From an uncultured Gammaproteobacteria bacterium (GTDB lineage: Bacteria; Pseudomonadota; Gammaproteobacteria; UBA9214), in the NCBI GenBank assembly GCA_963748215.1, contig CAVVHS010000006.1, forward strand, positions 448,001 to 512,000: a stretch of 64,000 nt of DNA. The letters are read 5' to 3'. The first letter of the stretch is position 1. Each line of letters starts with the position of its first letter. The position numbers and the translations under genes are program-made. The notes beneath the pieces were generated by a model, which made no database searches, had not been told where the DNA came from, and saw only the letters and a list, made by a program, of their open reading frames with translations. Shown one piece after another: positions 10,143 through 20,329 of the stretch.

Positions 10143-12683
10143 TTATTGGAGCAACATGGCAGCACTGCCAAGTATCGCGGCACAGGCTGCCTTGACGACT
10201 TCCTCGGTCCGTTGCGTGGTTGCGCAGGTCGGTGATGGACCCGACGCACACGCGGTGAGGCGCGTAATGAGGCTGTCAAGTTCACCTGTCACATCGGCTG
10301 TAGCGGGCTGATCTGTCAGATTCGTATTCATGACATTGTTCATCAGCGGTACGATGATCATGTCGCGCTTACCCGCAGTATTGAATGCGGTGTTCGCGGC
10401 CTCCGGTGGCAGACCTGGCAGGAAGAAGCCCGGGAAGTAGACATCACGACTGGTCATGCCGTTGTCCTCCACCAGTGCATTGCAGTACTCGATCGCCATT
10501 TGTGAGACTGCCATCTGGTGAGCGGACAGGAAGCCTTCGATGCTTTCCACGCTCGGCAGCTGCTGTTTGACGGTCAGGTATACACCCTCGACATCCGCCT
10601 GTTCCTTGCTGACTCTGGTGACCTCTGCCATGGTGGCGTTGATCTCGTCGAAGTTGCGCAGACCGATAACCGGGGCCGGCGGTAAATTCGGGGGTGAGGC
10701 CGGCGCGACTACGGGCGGTTCGCTGAAGGCATGAGTACTGCCACCAAGCTCCTCGAAGGTCAGGAAGAACTCGTCGAAGCTCGCACCTATTTGTAATGGA
10801 ATGACTGTCCCCATTTGCGACAGCGGTTGTCCCGTACCCGGCGTATACAGGGAGCTGCTGATGGTGGTATTGATGTTTGTATAGGCCTGCCCGACTGTCG
10901 CCTCGCTACCATTAATACCGATGCGCATACCGGTAAACGCGATACCATCCGGTATTACATTCGGATCCAGGCTGATGTAACGCGGACTGTTAAACAGGTA
11001 GCTGTAGCTGTCGAACTGGCTTACCTCAAACAGGATGTAGTCCTGAGGGTTGCCGCTGTGCGCACCCACGTTGAACAGCAGGAAGAATTTCTCGCCCACG
11101 CCCACGTTGAAGTTCTGGGTAATCGCCGCCTGATCCAGCGCACGGTTATGGATCGCGACGAAGCGAATCGTGCCGGCCCAGGGACGGTCATTGGAGACCT
11201 CGTTGCCCATTACAAAGGCAAAGCTGTTATCCCAGTCAACCAGTGTGCCGCCGGCAATCGGATCGATATCATCGGTGAAAATACCATTGACATAGATGCG
11301 ACGGCCGTTGGCCGGGTCGTAGGTGACGACCACGTGTTGCAGCGTCGCCTGCAGGTCTTCATCGGCATCCGCCGTCGACAGCGTTGGTTCGCCGTTCAGG
11401 TCGGTTGTTGTGCTCCGGTGCATGAAATCATAGTTGTACAGGCTTTGACCAAGCGTGAAGTTACGCTGCGCAGTGCCGGCGGAGTAGCTGACAATGCGTG
11501 CCGTGTTGTCCTGGCTAACATTGGCCGGCGCAACCCAGGCCTCGATGGTGTACTCACCGGTGGCAGTAATCATATTGTAGAGCTTCACACTGTCACCCGT
11601 CAGCGCCTGCGCCTTGCCATTGGTGAGGTCGATACCCCATCCGCCGACCCAGTCGTAGCCGCCACTCAGGTCAAGGTGCATGTCAGGCGATACGCCGCTG
11701 GTATCGAACACCCGCGTGCCGGAGCCGGTCTTGAATTCGTATTTTGCGATGACATTGTCCTCGATGCGGCTGCCGCCACTGGATACGATGCCGTCCATCG
11801 CAAGAATCATGGCCTTGCTGGTCACCGGGTGGGTGACCGCTGTGGTCTGTACCTGAGCGGCGAAGGCGGTGATGGCGTTCAACATCACGGTGGTCGATGC
11901 CTGACAATCCGAACTGCCGGTCGCATTCGGGTCCCAGCAATTATGGAATTCATCGCGCAGGCGGATGACGAAACGCGAATCCGACGGGTCGTTCAAATTG
12001 ATCTTCGCCTTGGCAGCCTCGTAGGCAGAATCAGGGTTACTGTCGGCAAAGAAAGGTGACTGGGCATTGGCGGCAGAGTCGACGTGACAGCCTGTACAGT
12101 TGGCCATCAGCACCGGGTGTACGGTGCTGGCGAAAAGTGCCGAGCTGCTCGGGAAATTCTTGAACGCGCCCGGGTTTTTCAACGGGCTCGGCGGGGTCAA
12201 TGTAATGACATTGCCGCCACTGGCCGCGCCGCCGGCCCAGGCCGTAATATAGGCAGTGATGATATCCGCACAGGCCTGTGCCTGTGCGCTACCCAGCCAG
12301 CAATTATGACCGCCCCCAACCTTGGTGACAAGTTCGGAATTGGCCGGTGTTTGCAGGTCAACGAGCGTGTTGGTCGCGGCGTAGGCCAGGTTGACGTCAT
12401 CCATACGCATGAACGGGATCGGTGCCTGTCCACCCACATCGTGGCAATCATTGCAGCGATTGGCCGGATTCAGATTGTCCCAGACATACAGTTTGAATGC
12501 CTGCACATCAGATGTCGCCGGGGCCGGACCGGTATATGTTGAGGTAATGCCGACGCCGCCGGTGTTCTGATTTTGCGCGGTGCTCTCACCGCCACCGCAG
12601 GCAGCCAGTCCGGCGCTCATCATGATGACGAGCGACAGTTGCAGGGTATGGATACGCAGGATTTTCAGAATTGAATATTTCAT
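10143..12683 (-). CDS. di-heme c / LamG-domain lipoprotein
   Basis: 846 aa; lipobox LAAC; CNDCH and CTGCH; LamG motifs YTIEAWV, HVVVTYD, RIYVNG, WAGTIRFVAIHNRAL. Confidence 0.85.
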   Translation of the reverse strand: MKYSILKILRIHTLQLSLVIMMSAGLAACGGGESTAQNQNTGGVGITSTYTGPAPATSDVQAFKLYVWDNLNPANRCNDCHDVGGQAPIPFMRMDDVNLAYAATNTLVDLQTPANSELVTKVGGGHNCWLGSAQAQACADIITAYITAWAGGAASGGNVITLTPPSPLKNPGAFKNFPSSSALFASTVHPVLMANCTGCHVDSAANAQSPFFADSNPDSAYEAAKAKINLNDPSDSRFVIRLRDEFHNCWDPNATGSSDCQASTTVMLNAITAFAAQVQTTAVTHPVTSKAMILAMDGIVSSGGSRIEDNVIAKYEFKTGSGTRVFDTSGVSPDMHLDLSGGYDWVGGWGIDLTNGKAQALTGDSVKLYNMITATGEYTIEAWVAPANVSQDNTARIVSYSAGTAQRNFTLGQSLYNYDFMHRSTTTDLNGEPTLSTADADEDLQATLQHVVVTYDPANGRRIYVNGIFTDDIDPIAGGTLVDWDNSFAFVMGNEVSNDRPWAGTIRFVAIHNRALDQAAITQNFNVGVGEKFFLLFNVGAHSGNPQDYILFEVSQFDSYSYLFNSPRYISLDPNVIPDGIAFTGMRIGINGSEATVGQAYTNINTTISSSLYTPGTGQPLSQMGTVIPLQIGASFDEFFLTFEELGGSTHAFSEPPVVAPASPPNLPPAPVIGLRNFDEINATMAEVTRVSKEQADVEGVYLTVKQQLPSVESIEGFLSAHQMAVSQMAIEYCNALVEDNGMTSRDVYFPGFFLPGLPPEAANTAFNTAGKRDMIIVPLMNNVMNTNLTDQPATADVTGELDSLITRLTACASGPSPTCATTQRTEEVVKAACAAILGSAAMLLQ

Positions 12684-12686
12684 GCC

Positions 12687-13886
12687 TTAGTTACCCATGC
12701 AGTAGATAGCGGTATCAGCGAACACCGTTTTCATGTTGTAGTTGCTCGCTATGAAGTTGTCCGTGATAGTGTCGACTTCGTTCCGGTCGGCAGTATTCCC
12801 CGGTTCACGCAGGCAGACGGTCTTGAATACTTTTTTCACCTGGCATGAAGCAAAGGCGCGACTGTTGGCAAGCTCGATGCCCAGTTCCTTGGCGCCACTA
12901 CCGCTGCCGGCCAGGTTCATGCCATTTGTATCCCAGCCCAGCAGGGAGTTCTGACCGTCACGCCAGTAGTTATCCCAGCGGTCATCCGGTGTCACGTAAC
13001 CATGCTTGAAAGTATCCGAATTAATAAAGTATTTAGGTTGCACGATGCCGGGCGTGTACTCGATGCTGCCGGAGTTCTCGTCGAAGTTGTAATAGGCGAA
13101 GGCCTGTGCCATCGGGTCCATCCCGCTGTGGCAACCGACGCAGGAGTTGAGGAAGAGGCGGCTATCGCCGCCAGGGCTGCGCGAGATATCCTGTCGAATA
13201 CGGTCGGTTGGTCGGCTGGTGTCTTTTACTTGCTCGAGATCGTTGCAGAGGTGGTTCAGAAGCGTGAATCGAAACATGGCCCGATTGGTGCCGGCTACAA
13301 AAAAGGCCTCGGCTGCGCCGCGCGTGGTCATGACGCCTGCTGTCGCATTTGAAGGTAAACCTGTGACGACCGACTGCACGTCCGGCACCAGCGCGGTCAT
13401 CAGATCATAACCGCCATCTTCAAGCTCCTGGTAGTGAGCATTACTGGTCGTCGAGTAGCCGGATATCGGCAGTGACGGGCTGCCGGTATAGATGATGTCT
13501 GCGGACAAGAGCTGGTTGAATGGCACGTTGTCGCGAATCATGCCAATGACCGTCGCGGTATAATCATTCAGCGGTACGAACACGTTTTGGTCACGGTTGG
13601 ACCACGGTGCTGCGAAATTCTTCAGCGTAACGTTATAAAACGCACTGTTGGCCATCGCCATGCCGGCTGCGCCAATAGCATCGTTACTGCCGATAGCGGC
13701 TTCCATGGCATCCAGCACGGTATTGCTCGGCGGCACACCTGCGATCCGGTCGTGGATACGCTTCGCCTGACGGCGTTCCAGGTCGCCGGCGGTCGCCGGA
13801 GATGCCATGGATAGCAGTGACCCCAGGCAAAGCGTTGCGATCAGGCTGCGTGTGAATAGTGTGAATGCCGTTCTTTGATAGCTCAT
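12687..13886 (-). CDS. exported mono-heme c protein, DUF1588/DUF1585-like
   Basis: 399 aa; signal peptide; AGVMTT, CVGCHSGMDP, C-terminal FASCQVKKVF..REP. Confidence 0.75.
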   Translation of the reverse strand: MSYQRTAFTLFTRSLIATLCLGSLLSMASPATAGDLERRQAKRIHDRIAGVPPSNTVLDAMEAAIGSNDAIGAAGMAMANSAFYNVTLKNFAAPWSNRDQNVFVPLNDYTATVIGMIRDNVPFNQLLSADIIYTGSPSLPISGYSTTSNAHYQELEDGGYDLMTALVPDVQSVVTGLPSNATAGVMTTRGAAEAFFVAGTNRAMFRFTLLNHLCNDLEQVKDTSRPTDRIRQDISRSPGGDSRLFLNSCVGCHSGMDPMAQAFAYYNFDENSGSIEYTPGIVQPKYFINSDTFKHGYVTPDDRWDNYWRDGQNSLLGWDTNGMNLAGSGSGAKELGIELANSRAFASCQVKKVFKTVCLREPGNTADRNEVDTITDNFIASNYNMKTVFADTAIYCMGN

Positions 13887-13967
13887 CCGTCTCGCCCCGG
13901 TATTACTGCATTAACTTTCAGCCTTCGGCCGCGTAGATAAATCCTGAGCGTTGCGGAGCACATTTTC

Positions 13968-14053
13968 TGTGACGCAAGTCTCGTAATTACATGCCTGCTC
14001 GATAATCGAGAGAAATACCCTGAGTTGTGACCAGAACGGGACGCAGGTCACAA
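13968..14053. promoter_or_regulatory. two degenerate CRP-like sites in the divergent promoter region
   Basis: TGTGA-CGCAAG-TCTCG at 13968 and CGGGA-CGCAGG-TCACA at 14037; inverted repeat TTGTGACC/GGTCACAA at 14025-14053. Confidence 0.3.
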
Positions 14054-14206
14054 TTAACTGCACAAAATCACTACAAAATTTCGTATGTACCGCTGATTTC
14101 TACGGTGTGCAGAATGGTTCGGCCAGTCGTGGCCCGCGTCACTGCCCTTGTTTACATGAAATTCGACACGTTCCTTAAGGTTTGCCGGACGGAGAGCCGA
14201 TCACAC

Positions 14207-16826
14207 ATGAATATGAAAATACACACTCTGACACGTTATCTCCGTTACCCGGATAACAAAGCAGGCATTGCCTTTGTTATGACCCTGCTGCTGGCAGCCT
14301 GCGGCGGTGGCGGGAGCCAGGACCCGGACCCGCTGGTCGAGGACTTTGGTATCGCCTTCGTTATGCGGCCGCTGGAATTCAATATGGCCGGCAACTTCGT
14401 GCAGCCTGATATCCGCGAGATCGAGGGTTTCACATCCGGGGGTGATCTCTACTACCGTGACCTGGCGTCCCCCAGCGCTTCGACCCGCAACATCACCGGT
14501 GCACTGACCGGTGGTATGGGTGATGTCAAGGACGTGGAGGTTTCCTACGATGGCACCAAGCTGCTGTTCTCGCTGCGTCTGGACGATATCCCGAATGTCA
14601 TGCGTGATCAGCAGAACAAGTGGGATCTTTATGAGTATGACATCGTAGCTGATACGCTGACGCGTCTGACAACGGCAAATACCTCCCTGCTTGGTGACGA
14701 TGTCGCACCTCATTACCTGCCGGACGGCAGGATCATCTTTTCCTCAAATCGCCAGCGCCAGTTCCGTGCAACGCTGACTGACGAGAGCAAGGGTACCGGA
14801 CCATTCTATGCGCTTGATGAAAACCGCAATGAGCACGCCATGATGTTGCATATCATGAACGCTGACGGCAGCAATATCAGACAGATTTCTTCGAACCCGA
14901 GCCACGACCTGGATGCGATTGTTCTCGAGAGCCAGAACAATCCACAGGAGTCAGGCAAGGTAGTATTCAGCCGCTGGGACAACATGGGCGGTCGTGAACA
15001 GATCAGCCTGTACATGATGAATCCGGATGGAACCGACCTGCAACCATTGTATGGTGCGCACAGCCACGACACCGGTACCAATGGTTCCACGGTGCAGTTC
15101 CTGCAACCGCGAGAGATGCCGGATGGCCGGCTGATGACCGTGATGCTTCCCTTTGCGAATTCCAGTCGTGGCGGCGACCTGGTGCTGATCGATACCCAGA
15201 ATTATATCGACAATACCTTCCCGACCGCAGTCAATGCCGGTGTGCTGTTCGGTCCGGCACAGACGCCGGCGACAACCAATATCATTCATACCGACAACAC
15301 CATTTCACCGGGTGGCCGTTTCATGTCGGCCTGGCCGTTGCTCGACGGGACCAACCGTGCACTGGTCAGCTGGAGTGCCTGCAGGCTGGTCGAGAATACC
15401 CAGATCGTGCCCTGTACTCCGGCACGGCTTGCCGATCCGGCGGCTGTGGAGGCCGATCCGATCTACGGCATCTACATCCATGACATGGACAACAGTACGC
15501 AGATCCCGATCGTGGTGCCGCAGGAAGGCATTCTGTTCACCGACGTGATTGCGGTTGCCCCGCGCACGGTCCCCAACTTTATCCGGGACAGGGTTCCGGG
15601 TGTTGATCTCGATCTTGCGGCAGCAGGAGAAGATGTCGGCATCCTCAATATTCGCAGTGTCTATGACATCGATGGCGTCGACACTGCGATCCCGGATATC
15701 CCTACACTTGCAGACCCGGGACTGACAACATCAGCAGATTTGCGACCCGCCCGCTTCCTGCGCATCGTCAAGAGTGTCGGTATTCCGGATAACGACACCA
15801 AGCAGATCCCCGGCACGGCCTTCGGCGCGAGTGCGCAGCAGTTAATGCGCGAGATCGTCGGTTATGTGCCGGTTCAGCCTGACGGTTCGGTACGCACCTA
15901 TGTACCGGCCAATGTCCCGTTGGCCATCAGTGTGGTCGATCGTGACGGTCGGCGTCTTCCGACCTCGCCCCGGCACCAGAGCTGGTTACAGCTCAAGCCC
16001 GGTGAGGAAGTCACCTGTAACGGCTGTCATGATCACACCAGCGGTACACCACATGGCCATCCGGAAGCCCCGCTGTCGGCCTATGCCGGTGCACCTGCCC
16101 TTGGCGAATTTCCGAACACCAACAATCCGCCCTACTTCGCCAACTTTGGCGAGACCATGGCCGAGACCCTGACGCGTGTCGATCCGAACGCATTGCGACC
16201 GTCGATGGACCTGGCCTATGTTGATCTCTGGACCGACCCGGCCAAAGCCCTGCGTGCGGCGGACCTCAGCTACTCACTCAGCTATGCTGCCCTGACTACG
16301 CCGGCACCAAACACGGCCGCCTGCGAGCAGTCACCGCCGCCTGCGTGGACCAGCCTGTGTCGCGCGGTCATCCACTACGAGACCCATATCCACCCGTTGT
16401 GGAGCGTCGACCGCGGTGTCGAATACCTGCACCAACTGTCACACAACCGCCAACAATACGATGGTGCCCGCCGGCCAGCGTCAGATCGACCTGACCAATG
16501 GACCTGACGCGCAGGTCCCGGAGCACTTCAAGGCCTACCGCGAACTCCTGTTCTCGGACAACGAGCAGGAACTTGTTGGCAACGTCTTGCAGGACCGGTT
16601 GGTGCCCGGCCCGATTGATCCGATCACCGGCCTGCCGACCATGGTGCCGGTCCCCATTAACCCTCCCATGTCCGCTGCCGGCGCCCGTGCCAGCAATGCG
16701 TTTTTCGCGCCTTTTGACGCGGGTGGCGCACACGTCGGATTTTTGACTCCTGAAGAATTACGGCTACTGGCCGAATGGCTGGATATCGGTGCGCAGTATT
16801 ACAACGATCCATCAATCGTCCCGTAG
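14207..16826 (+). CDS. hydrazine-synthase-alpha-like beta-propeller/heme c lipoprotein (one apparent frameshift near 16420)
   Basis: Lipobox LAACGGGG; TolB/PD40-like repeats (VSYDGTKLLFS, YLPDGRIIFSSNR); PDGSVRTYVPANVP...CNGCH; continues in the next frame with CTNCH and ends LLAEWLDIGAQYYN. Confidence 0.8.
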
Positions 16827-16865
16827 CAGTAACTGCGCCGTAACTTTTAAAAAGTTGATTGATTT

Positions 16866-17639
16866 GTGACGACTCATGCCGTTTGCAACGCATTCAGGGT
16901 GCGCTTCATTGTCCTCGTGGCATGCATGCTGCAGTGCCTGGTCACCACGGTGGCGCAGGCCGGGGAGCACTATTTCTCGGTGCGTATCGCCGAGCCTTAT
17001 ATCGAGCTGCATACCGGACCAGGACGCGGTTACCCGGTGTTTCACGTGGTGGACCGGGGTGAACTGGTCGAGGTCATCAAACGACGCACTGACTGGTTCC
17101 TGTTGCGCACGGCAAAAGGCAGGGAGGGTTGGGCAAAACGTTCCGCGATGGAACTGACGCTGACGCCGGAGGGTGAGGCGACCGCGTTTGCCGAAGCTGG
17201 CTTTGGCGATTTCTCGCGGCGCCGCTGGGAGGTCGGCGTGATGGCCGGTGATTTCGAAGGCGCCGATCTCATCACAACCTATGCCGGCTACATGGTGACG
17301 CAGAACCTGTCGGCGGAAGTGCAACTGTCGCAGGCCTTCGGGAATTTTTCAGATGCGCTGATTGGCAGCATCAACCTGCTGGCACAACCATTTCCGGAAT
17401 GGCGGGTGTCGCCCTACTTCCTGCTCGGTACGGGTGCGATCTATACCGATCCGAACGTGACACTGGTGAACGAGGAAGACCGGTTTGAACAGATTACCAA
17501 TGTCGGGGTCGGCCTGCGCGGATATATCACGCGGCGCTTTATTGTCAGGGCCGAGTATCAGAACCACGTCATTCTGCAAAACACGAATGACAATCAGGAG
17601 ATAAACGAATGGAAAGCAGGGGTTGCATTTTTCTTCTGA
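16866..17639 (+). CDS. SH3-like domain plus outer-membrane beta-barrel protein
   Basis: ELHTGPGRGYPVF...KRRTDW...GREGW bacterial SH3 motif; amphipathic strands; C-terminal Phe. Confidence 0.8.
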   Translation: MTTHAVCNAFRVRFIVLVACMLQCLVTTVAQAGEHYFSVRIAEPYIELHTGPGRGYPVFHVVDRGELVEVIKRRTDWFLLRTAKGREGWAKRSAMELTLTPEGEATAFAEAGFGDFSRRRWEVGVMAGDFEGADLITTYAGYMVTQNLSAEVQLSQAFGNFSDALIGSINLLAQPFPEWRVSPYFLLGTGAIYTDPNVTLVNEEDRFEQITNVGVGLRGYITRRFIVRAEYQNHVILQNTNDNQEINEWKAGVAFFF

Positions 17640-18283
17640 GGTCGGTGGCACTGCTGGCGCTGCTGGGAATGACCTGCGGCTGTTCCCTGCTGCGCACTGC
17701 CGAGGAGCCGGAGGTATTCAGCGAGTCCGAGCCCGTGATCAAGCCGGATATCGAACGTCGGACGATAACCGAAGCGGATATCGACAGCGAGGATTTCGAG
17801 GTCGGGGCGTTTGTGGGCGTGATGAGTATCGAGGACTTCGGCAGCAACGTGGTGTATGGCGTAAGGGCGGCCTACCACACCACCGAGGACTTCTTTTTCG
17901 AGGTCGGTGTCGGTGCTACCGAAGCTGGCAAGACGAGTTACGAGACCCTGAGCGGTGGCGCGCAGTTACTGACCGACAGCCAGCGTAAACTTTATTACTA
18001 CAATATCTCACTCGGGTACAACATCCTGCCGGGCGAGGGTTTTATTGGCAGCCGCTATGCCTTCAACAGCGCCCTCTACCTGATAGCCGGAGCCGGAAAT
18101 ACCGAGTTTGCCGATGACAGCCATTTCACATTCAACGTTGGTGCAGGCTATCGCCTCCTTTTTAACGACTGGATCGACCTGCATGTGGATTTCAAGGACC
18201 ATATTTTCGAGTCGGACCTGCTTGGTACCAACAAGTATACCCACAATCTGGAAGGGACTATTGGACTGTCCGTGTTCTTTTAA
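17609..18283 (+). CDS. outer-membrane beta-barrel protein (GltA/GltB-like candidate)
   Basis: 224 aa; signal peptide, amphipathic strands, C-terminal GLSVFF; overlaps the previous gene. Confidence 0.8.
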   Translation: MESRGCIFLLRSVALLALLGMTCGCSLLRTAEEPEVFSESEPVIKPDIERRTITEADIDSEDFEVGAFVGVMSIEDFGSNVVYGVRAAYHTTEDFFFEVGVGATEAGKTSYETLSGGAQLLTDSQRKLYYYNISLGYNILPGEGFIGSRYAFNSALYLIAGAGNTEFADDSHFTFNVGAGYRLLFNDWIDLHVDFKDHIFESDLLGTNKYTHNLEGTIGLSVFF

Positions 18284-18293
18284 GGAGCCTGCT

Positions 18294-18800
18294 ATGCGAT
18301 ACACACAATCCCGTTACATCAGACACACACTGGCAAGCCTGCTCGTCCTGTTCGCAACGACGGTTGCAGCAGGTGTAGCCCAGGCACCGGCGCCGGATTT
18401 CACTTTGAAGAGTGCCGATGGCGAAAACCTCCGTCTCAGTGAACTGCGTGGCGATGTCGTGATGATAAATTTCTGGGCGTCCTGGTGCGGCCCATGTCGA
18501 CAGGAGATGCCGATACTGAGTGAATTGCATGACAAGTACAAGGCGATGGGCTTTACCGTGCTGGGTGTGAATGTCGAAGAAGATTCTTCCAAGGCAAAAA
18601 AACTGTTGAAAGAAATGCCGGTCAGTTTCCCGATACTGTTTGATAACGAGAGCGTCGTAAGCAAGCAGTACGACGTGGTGGCCATGCCCAGCACGGTACT
18701 GGTCGACCGCGACGGCAAGATGCGTTTCCTGCATAAAGGTTACAAGCCGGGTGAGGAAGAAATCTACCTGGAAATGGTCCGAAACCTGATCAGGGAATAA
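18294..18800 (+). CDS. TlpA-family thiol:disulfide oxidoreductase
   Basis: APDFTL, INFWASWCGPCRQEMP, AMPSTVLVDRDG; AAGGAG RBS upstream. Confidence 0.93.
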   Translation: MRYTQSRYIRHTLASLLVLFATTVAAGVAQAPAPDFTLKSADGENLRLSELRGDVVMINFWASWCGPCRQEMPILSELHDKYKAMGFTVLGVNVEEDSSKAKKLLKEMPVSFPILFDNESVVSKQYDVVAMPSTVLVDRDGKMRFLHKGYKPGEEEIYLEMVRNLIRE

Positions 18801-18808
18801 TCCTCAAT

Positions 18809-19033
18809 ATGAGACATGCTTACTGCCTGATCATACTGCTCGCCGGCCTGCTGGCTGGCTGCAGCTCTATTGAGCCCTGGGTGAAACCCTATGAACGTGC
18901 GCACCTTGCTGACCCGATCATGAGCTTCAGCCCGGACCCTGTGTCATCTGCATATATCAATCATGTCTACCAGGCCCGTGAAGGCGCGCGTGGCGCCGAG
19001 GGTGGCAGTGGTGGTGGTTGTGGCTGTAACTAG
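18809..19033 (+). CDS. DUF4266-family small lipoprotein
   Basis: 74 aa; lipobox LAGC; VKPYERAHLADPIM...REGARG...GGGCGCN. Confidence 0.85.
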   Translation: MRHAYCLIILLAGLLAGCSSIEPWVKPYERAHLADPIMSFSPDPVSSAYINHVYQAREGARGAEGGSGGGCGCN

Positions 19034-19050
19034 GAAAGTCTGAATCAATC

Positions 19051-20239
19051 ATGATTTACCGCAAAGACACCAAGACCGCAATGAACCTTGGCGCGCACTG
19101 CACCTTCACGCTGTGTGCCGGGCTTGCCCTTTTGCTTGTCTGTGCGGGAGGCGATGCGGCCGTGCTGCCAGAGGACCGTGCCGATGCCCTCTATCATTCT
19201 TATGACGGTGGCGGTGTTGAAATCAGTGGCCCGTCACTGCTGGTGCTGAAGAAGCTTGGACAGAATGTCGCCGTGACGGGCAATTACTACGTCGACTCGG
19301 TGAGCAGCGCGTCGATCGATGTAGAAGTTATCAGTGGCGCTAGCACGTACACTGAGGATCGTACCGAATTCTCCGGCGGGATTGATTACCTGCACGGCAA
19401 TTCGATTATGAGCCTGTCCTACACCAACAGTAGCGAAAACGACTACGATGCAAACACCGCCGGCTTCGGCATCAGCATGGACATGTTCGGCAATATGACT
19501 ACGCTGTCACTGGGCTATGCGCATGGCTGGGATACGGTCGGGAAGAATGGTGACTCCGGCATTTTCCGAAGATGTAAGTAGGCATAACTACCGCTTGGGT
19601 GTCTCGCAGGTGATCACCAAGGACATGATCCTGGAGGTCAATTACGAGGGTATTACTGATGAGGGTTTCCTGAATAATCCCTACCGTTCGTATCGATACG
19701 ATGATGGAAGCGGTGGATATATGCTCGACGACGAACTATACCCGCGCACCCGTACCAGCAGTGCGGTCACGCTGCGCTCAAAATACTATCTGTCCTGGCG
19801 TGCGGCGCTATCGGGCGAGTACCGCTTCTTTGCGGATACCTGGGGTATCGATGCACACACCCTGAAATTCGGCTACACGCACCCGCTCAGTGGCGGGTGG
19901 CAGGTGGAAGGCACATACCGCTACTACACGCAGACTGCCGCTGATTTCTACAATGACCTGTTTCCGTTTGCAGGATCACAGAACTTTCTCGCGCGCGACA
20001 AGGAACTCAGCACGTTTACAAGCAATACACTCGGCGCCAAGCTGAGCTATGACTTCTTCAAGAACGGCTGGCACGCTATCGACAGTGGCAGTGTCAACCT
20101 GGCCTATGATCTGATCTGGTTCGACTACGATGATTTCCGTGATGCGCGTCTTAACAGTCCCAGCGTACCGGCCGGTACCGAGCCCCTGTACAGTTTCACG
20201 GCCGGCGTGCTGCAGTTGTTTGTCTCACTCTGGTTCTGA
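19051..20239 (+). CDS. DUF3570-family outer-membrane beta-barrel protein (one apparent frameshift near 19556)
   Basis: LPEDRADALYHSYDGGG, VDSVSSASIDV, GFLNNPYR, YRYYTQTAADFY, RDKELS; two ORFs join into one protein ending SLWF. Confidence 0.8.
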
Positions 20240-20329
20240 GAAAGCATGCCTGACTTGCTGTTGTGGTATAGATGCAGGCGCGATCATCTAACCGACAATT
20301 ACGTGTCTGCAAGATAGTTTATCGCTCCC

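Noticed and set aside
14207-16826. Anammox hydrazine synthase
   Set aside because: Only the alpha-like architecture is present; no hzsB/hzsC, and the context is gammaproteobacterial
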